63,751 nt of DNA, filler included, from Octopus bimaculoides (GCF_001194135.2; 6 parts of 4 records of this genome joined end to end with filler, not necessarily neighbours in it), one strand, 5' to 3'; positions 37,525-49,300 are shown, counted from the first letter of the whole stretch. A program made the numbers and translations. The notes: generated by a model from the sequence alone, not told the origin.

Positions 37525-38160
37525 TTTCTGTGTGTTAATTCTTCTCCCGTACACTGGGATAGGGCGATATTTCATTGCTTTTACCTTTCTCCTGCTGGTC
37601 ATTTTAAAGGGACATTACCAGCTGACTCAATCGCACAAGTTGCTGGAAATAGCAATCCAAACCCTGCAAATCACATTTTACAGTGTTAAAAATAGGATTC
37701 ATTTGAGCCCTAAGCTGTTGGAGTATGTAGTCCCGACTTCCGATGGGAGAGCGGGACTTTCTTGGCTATGCAGTGGTATCAGGCTCGATGATTACTATAC
37801 TTTTCGGTACTGAAGTTTGGTACTAGCCTTTCATAGCTCTGCCATCTATGAGCCGATTAGTTATGCGCAATAGAGTATTAGTTTAAATTATCCATCTGTG
37901 TATCATACTTAAAGCAGACATATCATTGAAAGCGTAATTAACTGCAGTATTCATCCTGATATAGTATTTTTTAAAAACGTACAGTGTCAAAAAACGAGGA
38001 AATATATCAGTAGCAGACAAAAATCGCCCAACAGCGGTTTGCCATCACCGCTGCTATAAGAAATATTATGTCAAATCAAATGCTGTAGTTAATCAGTCCT
38101 TCAATGATGTATCTTCTGCTTTAAGCACGATGCACATGCGCGCGCGCGCGCAGGCCACAA

Positions 38161-38440
38161 AGTTCCGGGTTCAGTCCCACTGCATGGCACCTTGGGCAAG
38201 TGTCTTCTACCATAGCCTCATATTTCTCTGTGTGTGTGTGTGTGTGTGTGTATCTGTTTCAATGTGTGCTTGTCCCTCATCACCGAGTGACAACCGGTAT
38301 TGTTGAGTTTGCGTCCCCTTAACTATGCAGTTCGGCAAAAAAAAAAAAAGAAAAAGTACTGGAGTAGATTCGCTCGACTAAAATTCAAGGCAGTGTCCCA
38401 GCATGGCCGCAGTCTAATGACTGAAACAAGTAAAAGATAA
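38161..38440 (+). mobile_element. SINE family B, internally deleted
   Basis: gttccgggttcagtcccactg...; tail gactgaaacaagtaaaaga. Confidence 0.85.
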
Positions 38441-39470
38441 AACAAGAAAGATATCATCGTACGGTTCTGTCGCCTCCTCCCCAGGTATAGAAGCTTAGCA
38501 CTTTCAGCCCCTTTCAATTGTTGCATTGAAGCTATTTACGCAGTAACTTCGGATTGCTTTGAGTTCTGCCTTCGGTTTAACGTCGCGTGACGACTAAAAT
38601 ATCGAGCAATAGTCCTCGCGAGCGAAAAGAAATGCTTTCTAAAACACACACTGAAGTTGCATATGTTTTGGCCGTTCTGTAGCCAAATTGGCCAACACGC
38701 TTCTTTAAATGAAAAATACCTTAAATCTCGAAGTGATAGTTTTGCGCGGTCTGTGCATCTCCGCACTACACCCCAGCAAAAGCAACATGGTCTCTTGCAC
38801 TCTTTCGTTCTAGGACAAAAAAATTGATCGACTACAATGGCAATTTTAGAATTCAGAATTAAAATATTAAGGGAAAGAGTTGTAAACAACGCAGAAATAG
38901 ATTGGAATTTTGGTTTATGTGAGAGCCATTGCTTTGTCTTTTCTTTCGTTTCTTTATCTAAGGTAGAGTTAATCGTAGTTTATTAAATCATTTACAGATC
39001 AAAAGACCGCTGTAGAATTGCATCTCTTACAGAATGTGACAATCTCATTAATCAAAGCATTAGATAGCGACTCACCTTGCCGTTTGACGTACGGTCATTA
39101 AGAAAAGAACGTGACAACTGGTCAGTGCTTCATCTTTGCATGCGACTAACTAGTGGATTGAGGCTACGGGTCACAAGTTCAAAATATTAGTTTTTAGGAT
39201 TCTATAAACGACATTTGAAAGCATTCAGGCCCTTTAGTTAGTGAAGTTAAAATTTTAGTGTCATTTCTGGAACGAAATTTCGGACGAACAAATGTCTAAC
39301 TCCCGGATTGTATTATGTCCAGTCATACATATGGATACAAGTAAAAGCTGAGATACAAAACAGATAGAAAGAAAATGGAAAAAGGAAAAAGATCTCTGGT
39401 AAAGAATTTTACGGTGAGAAGAACAATTTAGACAATATTCGTTCATCCATTCTTTTCATTCATGAATATA

Positions 39471-39945
39471 TCGGGTTGTCAGATAAATTCGTTTGTAAGG
39501 CGGCGTGCTGGCAGAAACGTTAGCACACCGGGCAAAATGCTTAGCGGTATTTCGTCTGTCGTTGCGTTCTGAGTTCAAATTCCGCCGAGGTCGATTTTGC
39601 CTTTCATACTTTCGAGGTAGATAAATTAAATACCAGTTGCGTACTGGGCTCAATCTAATCGACTGGATCCCTCCCACCCAAAATTTCGGGCCTTCTGCCA
39701 AGAGTAGAAAAGATAAATTCGTTTGTTTCTTTGAACGTACTAACGAATTCTTCGAGTTAAAAACTGGACGATTTCTATCGTCGGGTTATTGACAAGCTAA
39801 TGCAGCGTTGGCAAAAAGTCGTGAATAATGAAAAAGAATATATTATTGACTCGTTTGTTAAAATTCTTGATGAAAAATAAGGATTAAATTAAATTGGAAA
39901 AAAAAACCCAATCGAAAATCGAACGATTTTTATCTGACAACCCCA
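39471..39945 (+). mobile_element. mariner-type non-autonomous element (TA target, ~24-bp TIRs)
   Basis: TA|tcgggttgtcagataaattcgtt ... aacgatttttatctgacaacccca|TA; internal DFYRRVIDKLMQRWQKVVNNEKEYIID is a mariner C-terminus. Confidence 0.9.
39497..39710 (+). mobile_element. SINE family A with a 16-bp target-site duplication
   Basis: agataaattcgtttgt at 39481-39496 and 39711-39726. Confidence 0.95.
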
Positions 39946-40136
39946 TACAACAATGCAAGTAAGTAAATTTAATGCATGTTTGTGTGTGCATATATGCTTG
40001 TCCAAGCGTAAGTGTGTGTGCGTGTATGTGTGTGTGAGAGACAGACAGACAATGTGTAAAATATATGTCTATTGACGTGTCCTGTACATGATATTGAATT
40101 TATAAAACATACGTAAACACCTTGCATTGGCACAAA

Positions 40137-40271
40137 CAGTAGCGTAGCTAGGTTGGGGCAACCATAGGAGCCATCCTCTCCGGCCCGTGCGGCATTTTCG
40201 GGGCCTGTTGTATAAACCTGTACACAGGGTAGCAAATTTAAGGGTGGCACACGCTCTAGCTTACGTCACTG
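40137..40271. mobile_element. hAT-type MITE
   Basis: Imperfect TIRs cagtagcgtagctag / ctagcttacgtcactg; 8-bp TSD ggcacaaa / gtcacaaa (7 of 8 match). Confidence 0.75.
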
Positions 40272-40830
40272 GTCACAAAATATGCTGAGAAATTTTATAG
40301 ACTTTCGAATTAACTACAATATGTTTGACTCTTGTTTTAGCGAATCAGGTGAGAAGAAAACCAAAGATCACCCTAATAGAATTTAAATTCGGAATATACG
40401 ATGACAACGCTACATTGGTGGAGCTACAGTGTATCCCACTGTGCCGCTCCTTTTCGGGCCGATACTGCCTATACAGGCTTATACAGCAGATTCACAAGTG
40501 TTGTTTCCTTAAATGCATTGCCCTTCGTAGACGGGACCCTAGTTTATTTCTATCTGCGCTACTATAAAGCATTTATCCCTCTGCCCTATACTTTCTTCAA
40601 TGTAAGGGCTGATGGCTAAATATAAATTTTCCAAATGAGCGAAGGAGATGGAGTGTGTATTTAATGTATACCAGTCCAAACAATATTAGTAATTCTTAGC
40701 AAACCCCTGGTACCTGGAATAATAGGTCAGTTATACTGGGATTCGAACTTAAAAGGTTACTGAATATGACCGAAGGTATTTCGTTTAGTATTTAACATTT
40801 TTTAAATCGTCATCTCTGCACCCTTCAACG

Positions 40831-40864
<34 letters not shown>

Positions 40865-40959
40865 CCGACGGAGCATCAGTTTGTATGTATCTATGCACGT
40901 ACGTATGTATGTACGTATGTTTGTATGTATATGTATGTGCATACCAATGCTTTCCCTTA

Positions 40960-41090
40960 ATATTCTTTTCTCTAGGCACAAAGCCCGAAATTTTGGGGGA
41001 GGTGAGGGCCAGTCGATTAGATCGACCTCAGTACGCAACTGGTACTTAATTTATCGACTCCGAGAGTATGAAAGGCAAAGTCGACCTGCT
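40960..41090 (-). mobile_element. SINE family A, 3-prime part
   Basis: Reverse complement of the family A tail. Confidence 0.85.
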
Positions 41091-41120
41091 TTTACTTATC
41101 AGTATTTTCCCTAGAATAAA

Positions 41121-42240
41121 GCGGCGAGCTGGCAGAAACGTTAGCACAACGGGTGAAATGCTTAGCGGTTACGTTCTGAGTTCAAATTCCGCCGAGGTCG
41201 ACTTTGGCTTTCATCCTTTCGGGTCGATAAATTAAGTACCAGTTACACACTGGGGTTGATATAATCGACTTAATCCCTTTTTCTGTCCTTGTTTGTCCCC
41301 TCTATGTTTAGCCCCTTGTGGGCAATAAAGAAATAAGAAACGTTAGCAGGCCGAGCGAAATGCTTAGCAGTATTTCGGGATCTTTTTTAAAACGGGGGCC
41401 ACATTTTTCATTAATGAAACACCTTTTTCTCTTAGTCTTCTTAAAAAAAAAANNNNNNNNNNNNNNNNNNNNNNNNNNNNNNNNNNNNNNNNNNNNNNNN
41501 NNNNNNNNNNNNNNNNNNNNNNNNNNNNNNNNNNNNNNNNNNNNNNNNNNNNNNNNNNNNNNNNNNNNNNNNNNNNNNNNNNNNNNNNNNNNNNNNNNNN
41601 NNNNNNNNNNNNNNNNNNNNNNNNNNNNNNNNNNNNNNNNNNNNNNNNNNNNNNNNNNNNNNNNNNNNNNNNNNNNNNNNNNNNNNNNNNNNNNNNNNNN
41701 NNNNNNNNNNNNNNNNNNNNNNNNNNNNNNNNNNNNNNNNNNNNNNNNNNNNNNNNNNNNNNNNNNNNNNNNNNNNNNNNNNNNNNNNNNNNNNNNNNNN
41801 NNNNNNNNNNNNNNNNNNNNNNNNNNNNNNNNNNNNNNNNNNNNNNNNNNNNNNNNNNNNNNNNNNNAAAAATATTTTTCTGTTCTATAACACAAAATAG
41901 ATAAGTATACGAAGTTTGAAAGTCTTTCGGTACCAAAAACACTACGTAAAACATTAATGAAAAATGTGGCCCCCGTTTTAAAATAGATCCGTATTTCGTT
42001 TGCCGCTACGTTCTGAGTTTAAATTCCGCCGAGGTCGACTTTGCCCATCATCCTTTCGGGGTCGATCTAATCAACTGCTCCCCCCTCCCCACAAATTTCG
42101 GGCCTTGTGCCTAGAGTAGAAAAGAAACGTAAGCACTGCTTAGCAGTATTTCGTCTGTCTGCACATTCTAAGTTCAAATTCCGCCGAGGTCGACTTAGCC
42201 CATCATCTTTTCCGGTCTTGTACCTAGAGTAGAAAAGAAT
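41121..42240 (+). mobile_element. dimeric/multimeric SINE family A interrupted by a MITE
   Basis: Monomer, linker, second monomer split at gtatttcg, then a further partial monomer to about 42240. Confidence 0.85.
41378..41990. mobile_element. MITE with 39-bp TIRs and 8-bp TSD (Merlin-like GG termini)
   Basis: TIR ggatct(t/a)ttttaaaacgggggccacatttttcattaatg at both ends (1 mismatch); TSD gtatttcg at 41370-77 and 41991-98; interior partly gap. Confidence 0.85.
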
Positions 42241-42358
42241 ATACTCCCTAGAATGATGGAGTTAATCTGTAACAAAGAAACCACATCGGCATCACTAGAA
42301 TCCAGATAACAGCAACAACAATAAAAGAAACAATACATTATATATTAATCACTCGTTG

Positions 42359-42420
42359 AACAGAGTGGTACAGTGGAAGCATCATGCCCATAAGATCCCT
42401 CGATCGAAACTAAACACTGA
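42359..42420 (+). pseudogene. degenerate initiator tRNA-Met-derived relic
   Basis: acagagtggtacagtggaagc...gcccataa...gatcgaaacta aligns to eukaryotic tRNA-iMet with an internal deletion. Confidence 0.55.
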
Positions 42421-42729
42421 AGAAACGGCACATATTTTTGATTACGTATACAACTCAACTGAGCTGTCTACAAATATCCTAACCATATAAATTTCAAGGG
42501 ACTGCTGAATAGTCCCTGGCAATGTATGGAGTACTTTTTTGCTTAATGTATGCACTTTGCAAAAATTACTTTCATATCCTTTACAACGATTGAAGTGTGC
42601 GAGAGTGTATATGCTGGGCGACGAGTGCCTGTGTGTGTTTAATATCATTTACAACGATTATATACGCACAATGTACCCACTAGTGTGCGGGAGTATATAT
42701 GTTTGTGGGGCGACGTGTGTGTTCATGTA

Positions 42730-42845
42730 GTCGCTTCACAACCATGTGGTTCTGCTGTAGAAGACATACCCAACGTGCCACGCAGTTGGATTGAACCCGG
42801 ATCCGTGTGATTGGGAAGCAAGCTTCTTACCACAAAGCCACATCT
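42730..42845 (-). mobile_element. SINE family B head
   Basis: The reverse complement gives atgtggctttgtggtaagaagcttgcttccc...ccgggttcaatcc. Confidence 0.8.
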
Positions 42846-43397
42846 GCGCCGAAATTCTGCGCATGTATATAATACAATAGAACATAGAAAACACCGTTCG
42901 TAGTCCAGGGTGCGCAGAACTGCACTCGATAGCATTGTAAAAGTATGTAATAAAAATTACAACTATTGAAAGAAAAAAAATGTGCGTTCTCTTATTTGCC
43001 GAGGATCTTTCTATACAATTTATATAAATGTTATAAACAGAGGTTAAAAACCCGTGTTGGGATGGACAAAGCATAGTGGTACTAAAACGTAAATAGGTGC
43101 AGAGCCACTATACAATACATACGTACATACATACAATCTGTAAAACTTTGCAGGAGTTAGTTATCTAAATATGTATGAGGATGTTTAGATGTGCAAGTAT
43201 GTATGCATAAACACATACCCACCCTGTTGTTGATGTGAAAATTTCAACGAAGGAACCTTGGATCTAGGTTAGAAACTGGCACTTTCTTTATTGGCAAGAA
43301 ATCTTGAAATAAAACTGAATATTGACATACATACCTACATATTATACTAGCAGAGATACCTGGCGTTGCTCTGGATTAAAATAGCATAGTTATTTAT

Positions 43398-43655
43398 TGT
43401 TTTACTTGTTTCAGTCATGTGACTTCGGCCGGAGTGGAACACCACCTGCAGTCGAACAAATCGATCCCACATTTCATTCTTTCTAAGCCTAGTACATATT
43501 CTATCGGTGACTTTTGCTGAAGCGCTAGGATGCGGCGTCGTAAACACAGCAACGTTGATTGTCAAGTGATGGTGGGGGTAGATACCATACACACGCACAA
43601 ATATATATACGACAGGCTTCTTTCAGTTTCCGTGAGGAAATCCACGCACAAGGCG
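43398..43655 (-). mobile_element. SINE family B, middle and 3-prime part
   Basis: tttacttgtttcagtca...cttctttcagtttccg. Confidence 0.8.
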
Positions 43656-43839
43656 TTGGTCGGACTGAGACTACACACACACACACACGTACACACCTAC
43701 AAAGATATATACATATACACATATGTATACAAAGACACACATATGTTTACAAAAGCATATGCCAAAACGCACATACGCATGTGCTAAGACACATATACAC
43801 ACATACCGAGACATATATATATATGTATACATATATATA

Positions 43840-44004
43840 TATACATTCATATACAAAGATACACACACACACACATATATATATACATTCATATACAAAG
43901 ATATACATAGACATACATTCATATACAAAGATATAGACATACATTCATATACAAATACATACATTCATATACAAAGATATACAAATACATACATTCATAT
44001 ACAA

Positions 44005-44010
<6 letters not shown>
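43840..44010. repeat. minisatellite, core ATACATTCATATACAAA(GATA), about 6 copies
   Basis: Direct reading. Confidence 0.9.
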
Positions 44011-44044
<34 letters not shown>

Positions 44045-44539
44045 GCACATATATATATAGTGGAATTCTTTAAAATGAAAGACAGAGTGAACTATTAAAA
44101 GTTAAAGAATATACAAGTGAAACTATAACTTTGTCCGTCGAAGTTTTCTATTTTATTCTTGGAGTTTTGAGACGTAAAACGGAACCAGTGTCAATGTGGC
44201 TTTGTTTTAATCCAAATTAATTACTTGTTGACACTGCTGGGGTCTCATAATATTACCATATAAAATTTGATTTGATTTGGTTGAGCCATTTAAGAATGCA
44301 TTGCGAACAGAGAGAGATACGAAGTATTTTATTTATGTATAGACCAGCACCGATACCTGGAGTTGCTCGGGTTTAAAATGGTATAGTTTGTTTATATGTA
44401 ATTACAGTTATGTTGAAACAGGTGATAGAGGAAAGTGCAGCATTGACGACAAAACATTTGTGGAGTGAATGAGCTAATTCGACTAATTCCATGCCCTAAT
44501 CTATCATGGAAAATTGGGGTTGGCGGTGCTATGTAATTT

Positions 44540-45130
44540 TGAAACCCACAGAAAAGCTGTCAGTGGATATACTCGCCTTTGAGGCTGTCAGCGCTGCGTG
44601 CAACACGACCCATCGTATGGTTGACAGTCAAATGAATTGATTTGTATGGAGATATTGTACGTAAATGTGTACATTCTGGAAATAGGCTGCAACGGATGTC
44701 TTTGTATGTGAATGTATATACAGAAGTTGAAAGAGGTTGAGGAGGAGCTGATAGTGCAGGCAATTTGAAAGCTTTGCAGAAACGACAATTTGAGCGTAGC
44801 ACACCAATTTGTACAAAATTATCATTTTTATAAGAATGGGATGGATCATATTTGAAAGCAGCTCCTGGTGTTGTGAAGAACGAATTTGCATGTGGTCTAT
44901 TTCTGAGAGCTATTGTATTGGACCTCTGTCTAATCTGGCGAGCTAAACGTTGTTCTAATGACTCAACATTAAGTATTACAGCATGCCTTAGCTGATCGTG
45001 GGAAAGTCTCATATCCTTTCTCTGTTGAGACACTCGCCTCCGCTTTTCTGCAATCGTCCTAGCTTTAAACGTCTTTTCTTTGGTGGCAATTTTTTTCAAT
45101 ATTGTAAACAAAAAATTATGAACAAAGAAA
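44540..45130 (-). mobile_element. Helitron Rep N-terminal fragment
   Basis: GAAFKYDPSHSYKNDNFVQIGVLRSNCRFCKAFK-LPALSAPPQPL matches the Helitron N-terminal AAFxYDP...IGxMxxxCxxCxAxK...LPxLxxPPxPL; the CCxxGKV segment is deleted. Confidence 0.8.
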
Positions 45131-46129
45131 AAAATACATTAATCTCTATTTTTATATGCAGTTGTATGTATATAGTATGTCTGTATTTTTGCATGCAATG
45201 TAAATTAACGAAATATAAGCCAATGAACGAAATAGCACATGTATGGAACTGCTGATTTAACGGTAAATGCCACAATAATTATTACAGAGAGACACAGAAT
45301 TTTATGTCTTACCTTGCAATCGCCGCGAATATGTATTGTTTTAATGGGAATAAAACTTCGTATAGACACTGGCCAAACCGCGCTTTACGCATGTCAATTA
45401 TCCACTGAGTAATATAACACAAGCAAGTATAGAAACAAAACAAAAATAACACGTATTAATTTTTATTCCTGAAAACGTTCAATGGCGTTAACTGGAGTGC
45501 AGGGTTCAAGTAGATGTCATTCCACCTTTTCATTTATCATTACCATTTTTTTTCATTCGTTTTTATTTTTTCCCCATTTTGGTGTACTCTGTGTCCTTGA
45601 GCTGTCCCCTCTGTGTTTCGACCCTGTGTGATTAATAAAAAAAATCTAGTCGTCAGGTATGTATGTGTAGATGTGTGTGTGTATGTTTAATAATGTACCG
45701 TACATAGTAAGTCTATATTTTCGTATGCAGTGTAAATTGAAACACGTGTACAGAAAGACAAAGAATTTTATATTTTACCTGCCAACCTTGCAATTGCTGC
45801 GATAATTATTAACGGCAATGGAACAGTAAATGTGTATAGTTTTAAAGGAAAGGAAAATAAAATTTCGTATTGACACTTCACGCATGTCAGGTATGTATGT
45901 GCAGATGTCTGTGTGTGTTTAATAACGTACCGTATATAGCATGTCTGTATTTTTGTATGCAGTGTAAATTAATCCCCACCAAAATTACATGTTGACTCTC
46001 ATGGGGTCTCATAGTATTACCATATAAAATTTGATTTGGTTTGGTGGAGCCGTTTGAGAATGCATCGGGAACAGACAGAGATACAAACGATTTTATATAA
46101 ATATAGATAGATAGATAGATAGATAGATA

Positions 46130-46201
46130 AGCAGAGTGTCGCAGTGGGGGCGTGCTGGACCCATAACCCAGAGGTCCATAGATCAAAACTACGCTCTGCT
46201 A
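46130..46201 (+). tRNA. initiator tRNA-Met(CAT)-like gene, probably a pseudogene
   Basis: 72 nt AGCAGAGT...CCCATAACCCAGAGGTC...GATCAAAACTACGCTCTGCTA; perfect acceptor stem, CAT at 46162-64; substitutions in the D arm, anticodon stem and T arm. Confidence 0.8.
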
Positions 46202-46217
46202 AGTGTAATTCCTTTGA

Positions 46218-46420
46218 AGGCGTGGCTGGGTGATAAAAAGCTTACTTCCCAACCACATGGTTCCTGGTTCAGCCCCACTGCGTGGTACCTTGCGCAAGTG
46301 TCTTCTACTATAGCCTTCGGCCGACCAAAGCCTTTTGAGTGGATTTGGTAGACGGAAACTGAAAGAAGCCTGTCGTATATGTATGTGCACGCCTACGTGT
46401 GTCTCTTTGTCTTTGTGTCT
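46218..46420 (+). mobile_element. SINE family B, 5-prime half
   Basis: Head through gaaagaagcctgtcgtatat. Confidence 0.9.
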
Positions 46421-46539
46421 GTGTATTACTGGAACAGCAGATTCCTGGATCTAATATTTGTTGTTGCTGATTCAATGAGCGTCCGATGTTCTTTCTCTTT
46501 CTGATATTCTTACTCTACCTGTCTGTCTGTCTACCTCTC

Positions 46540-46557
46540 TCTCTTCTCTCGTTCCCT

Positions 46558-46595
<38 letters not shown>

Positions 46596-46690
46596 CTTTC
46601 TCTCTCTCTCTCTTTTCTTTCTCTCTCTCTCTCTCTCTCTTTTCTTTCTCTCTCTCTCTTTCTCTCTGTCTCTCTCTCTCTTTCTCTCTT
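46540..46690. repeat. (CT)n compound microsatellite
   Basis: Direct reading. Confidence 0.95.
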
Positions 46691-46829
46691 CTTTCCTTGT
46701 TCCCCAGGACAGAAAGTTCTCTAGGTTGGGTCTTACATATGTGTAACAGCTACATTATCTACTCTGCACTGTAAGTCTCATTGCTTTTGAATAATCCCCA
46801 AATCGTCCTGTAATTTTTGAGGGTTACTC

Positions 46830-47760
46830 GGACATCTATGTCGATACTGATTTCTCCGGACCTTTATTTTTTGTCATCACACTTACCACTCGCCCAAATA
46901 GCACTACAAGGTTGACAACTATCCAGTACTCCTGACCGGTAAATCTGTGTTATGATTTTTCTAAAGCATTCGCTCGTTACAAGGTCCTTAGACTCCTGAA
47001 AACATAAGAGCTACTAGAATAAAATGGACGCTGGACAGAAGTCAATGGGTGACGATGTACATTAGACTTAAAAAACTGGAGGCCATATTGAAGAGGAAAA
47101 ACAAGACTGTGGAAGGGAATTTCAAAGTTCAGAGGTGTGAGGGAAGAAACTGATACTGTAAAGTGCTTTACGTCACTTAGGAGGTTGCACAGTATACTGA
47201 TGAGAACTAGATGCAAGTCTAGTTGATTGCTAATAAGTTCTTAAAGGAGGAACCAGAGAAGAGAGCTCAGCCGAACAATGTTTATGGAAATACTTGTAGA
47301 AAAGAGATAAGGAAGCTACATGATGACAATGAGAGAGTGAATCCAGTTTAGAATATAGATCAGGGCCCAAAGCGTTACAGATATGGCGTTGAATGCGGTC
47401 CAAAAGAGTTAAACAATCCACAGGAGTATCTTCCTATATGTGACAACAGTACTCATGATGACCCCTGCATTACAGTTTGAACCAATGGGCAGGTATGTGC
47501 CGCAGTATTTCTGTTGCCTCGATTTGCTTCCATTTCAATCTTGAAAACAAGGAAGGCACTACCATATATCTCGTTGCGGTCGGCTGCTCCTCCACTTTTG
47601 AAAGACTAAAGAACATTGCGTTTTTCTCGTGCGTTCTTCGACAAATTTTACAGATAAGGAGTTGTATTCTTTTGTAACACACCGATACTGCCAGGTTTCT
47701 TTTCTCCAACCGGATTCAATCCACGCTCAAAATTTATTTTGAACACAAGTTTGGCAAAAT
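46830..47760 (-). mobile_element. CR1/Jockey-group LINE, RT C-terminal relic
   Basis: LLDRIQRHICNALG..LDSLSH..VASLSLFYKYF..CSAELSSLVP and HFTVSV..VFPLQYGLQFFKSNVHRH match typical CR1/Jockey-group C-terminal motifs. Confidence 0.75.
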
Positions 47761-47876
47761 TGCTTCAAATTTTACGCAATATGTGTGGTGTTGTCGTTGC
47801 TATGGTTGCCGTTGTTGCTTTTACCATTGTTATTATTGTTGTTGTCGTTTGCATCTTTTCACCGAAAATATTCAAA

Positions 47877-47879
47877 CTC

Positions 47880-47941
<62 letters not shown>

Positions 47942-48107
47942 GTTCAGTAGTTTTATTTTTATAACGTGCTTTCACTTCACTACCGAGCGCAGCTCTGTGC
48001 GCCTTGGGTATGTGCTGTGGTTTGCTGTGGTGCTCTTATGTTTACTGTATTGAAAGTGTTTTGCGTAGAATGTGTGCAGTACCCAGTAGTGCAATTTTCT
48101 GTATGTT
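47877..48107 (-). mobile_element. Dong/R4-like LINE 3-prime end with (AAT)n tail
   Basis: Reverse complement of 49100-49290. Confidence 0.85.
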
Positions 48108-48133
48108 ATATTATTATTATTATTATTATTATA

Positions 48134-48199
<66 letters not shown>

Positions 48200-48410
48200 T
48201 AGTTTTATTTTTATAACGTGCTTTCACCTCACTACCGAGAGCAGCTCTGTGTGCCTTGGGTATGTGCTGTGGTTTGGTGTGATGATCTTATGGTTACTGT
48301 ATTGAAAGTGTTTTACGTAGAATGTGTGCAGTGCCTAGTAGTGCTATTTTCTGCATGTTATATATATATATTTGTTAGTCCTGGTGTTTTCTTATGTATT
48401 TGTCTGAATA
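48108..48410 (-). mobile_element. second Dong/R4-like LINE 3-prime end with (AAT)n tail
   Basis: Tandem with the previous copy, slightly longer and more diverged. Confidence 0.85.
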
Positions 48411-48471
<61 letters not shown>

Positions 48472-48689
48472 GCCTTTTATAAAAAGAAAATCCATTGTCA
48501 TGACTTGGAAAAAACATGTCTTGCTGTGTCATTAATTTCTTTATCGTTTAATTTCCTTTTCTGTTTGGTTTTTCTGTTGTTATGTTCACTGGTTTTTATC
48601 GTAATGGGTGGTGTCACACTGGATAAAAATAGTTATTTACGGTGAATGTAAACGTAACAAAATCATGTTTAAAATATATAAAAATTATA

Positions 48690-49300
48690 TACCTTGGCGC
48701 TCTTTCAGTGCGACAGCAATATCCTATGCCAACACTATGGAATAAAAACAGAAAAAAGATGGTATAGGGACTCGCCAGAAAAGATCACAGAAAACGAGAA
48801 AGCAACCATACTCTGGGATATGCCAATATACACAGATAGAGAAATTAAGGCCGATAGGCCAGATATAGTTGTCAGAGATCATGAAGAAAAAAATGCTTTC
48901 TAATTGATGTATCAATACCAGCAGATGACAACGTTTCTCTAAAAGAAATGGAGAAACTTTCAAAATACTAAGACCTGGAAATAGAGGTAACTCGAATGTG
49001 GAATCTAAAAACAGAAACAATTCCTATCATAGTAGGCGCATTATATATGATAAAAAATACTCAGACAAATACATAACAAAAACACCAGGACTTACAAGTA
49101 TATATAACATACAGAAAATTGCACTACTGGGTACTGCACACATTCTACGCAAAACACTTTCAATACAGTAAACATAAGAGCACCACAGCAAACCACAGCA
49201 CATACCCAAGGCACACAGAGCTGCGCTAGGTAATGAAGTGAAAGCACGTTATAAAAATAAAACTACTGAATAATAATAATAATAATAACAACAACAACAA
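48690..49300 (+). mobile_element. Dong/R4-like LINE, restriction-like endonuclease domain and 3-prime end
   Basis: LCQHYGI..ITENEKATILWDMPIYTDREIKADRPDIVVRD-FLIDVSIPADDNVSLKEMEKLSKY*DLEIEVTRMW..IPIIVGAL..KIALLGTAHILRK*; PD..D..K RLE motif; (AAT)n tail. Confidence 0.9.

Noticed and set aside
38536-38889. Cys-containing, CpG-rich 117-aa minus-strand ORF
   Set aside because: No recognisable domain or splice context; not supportable by eye.
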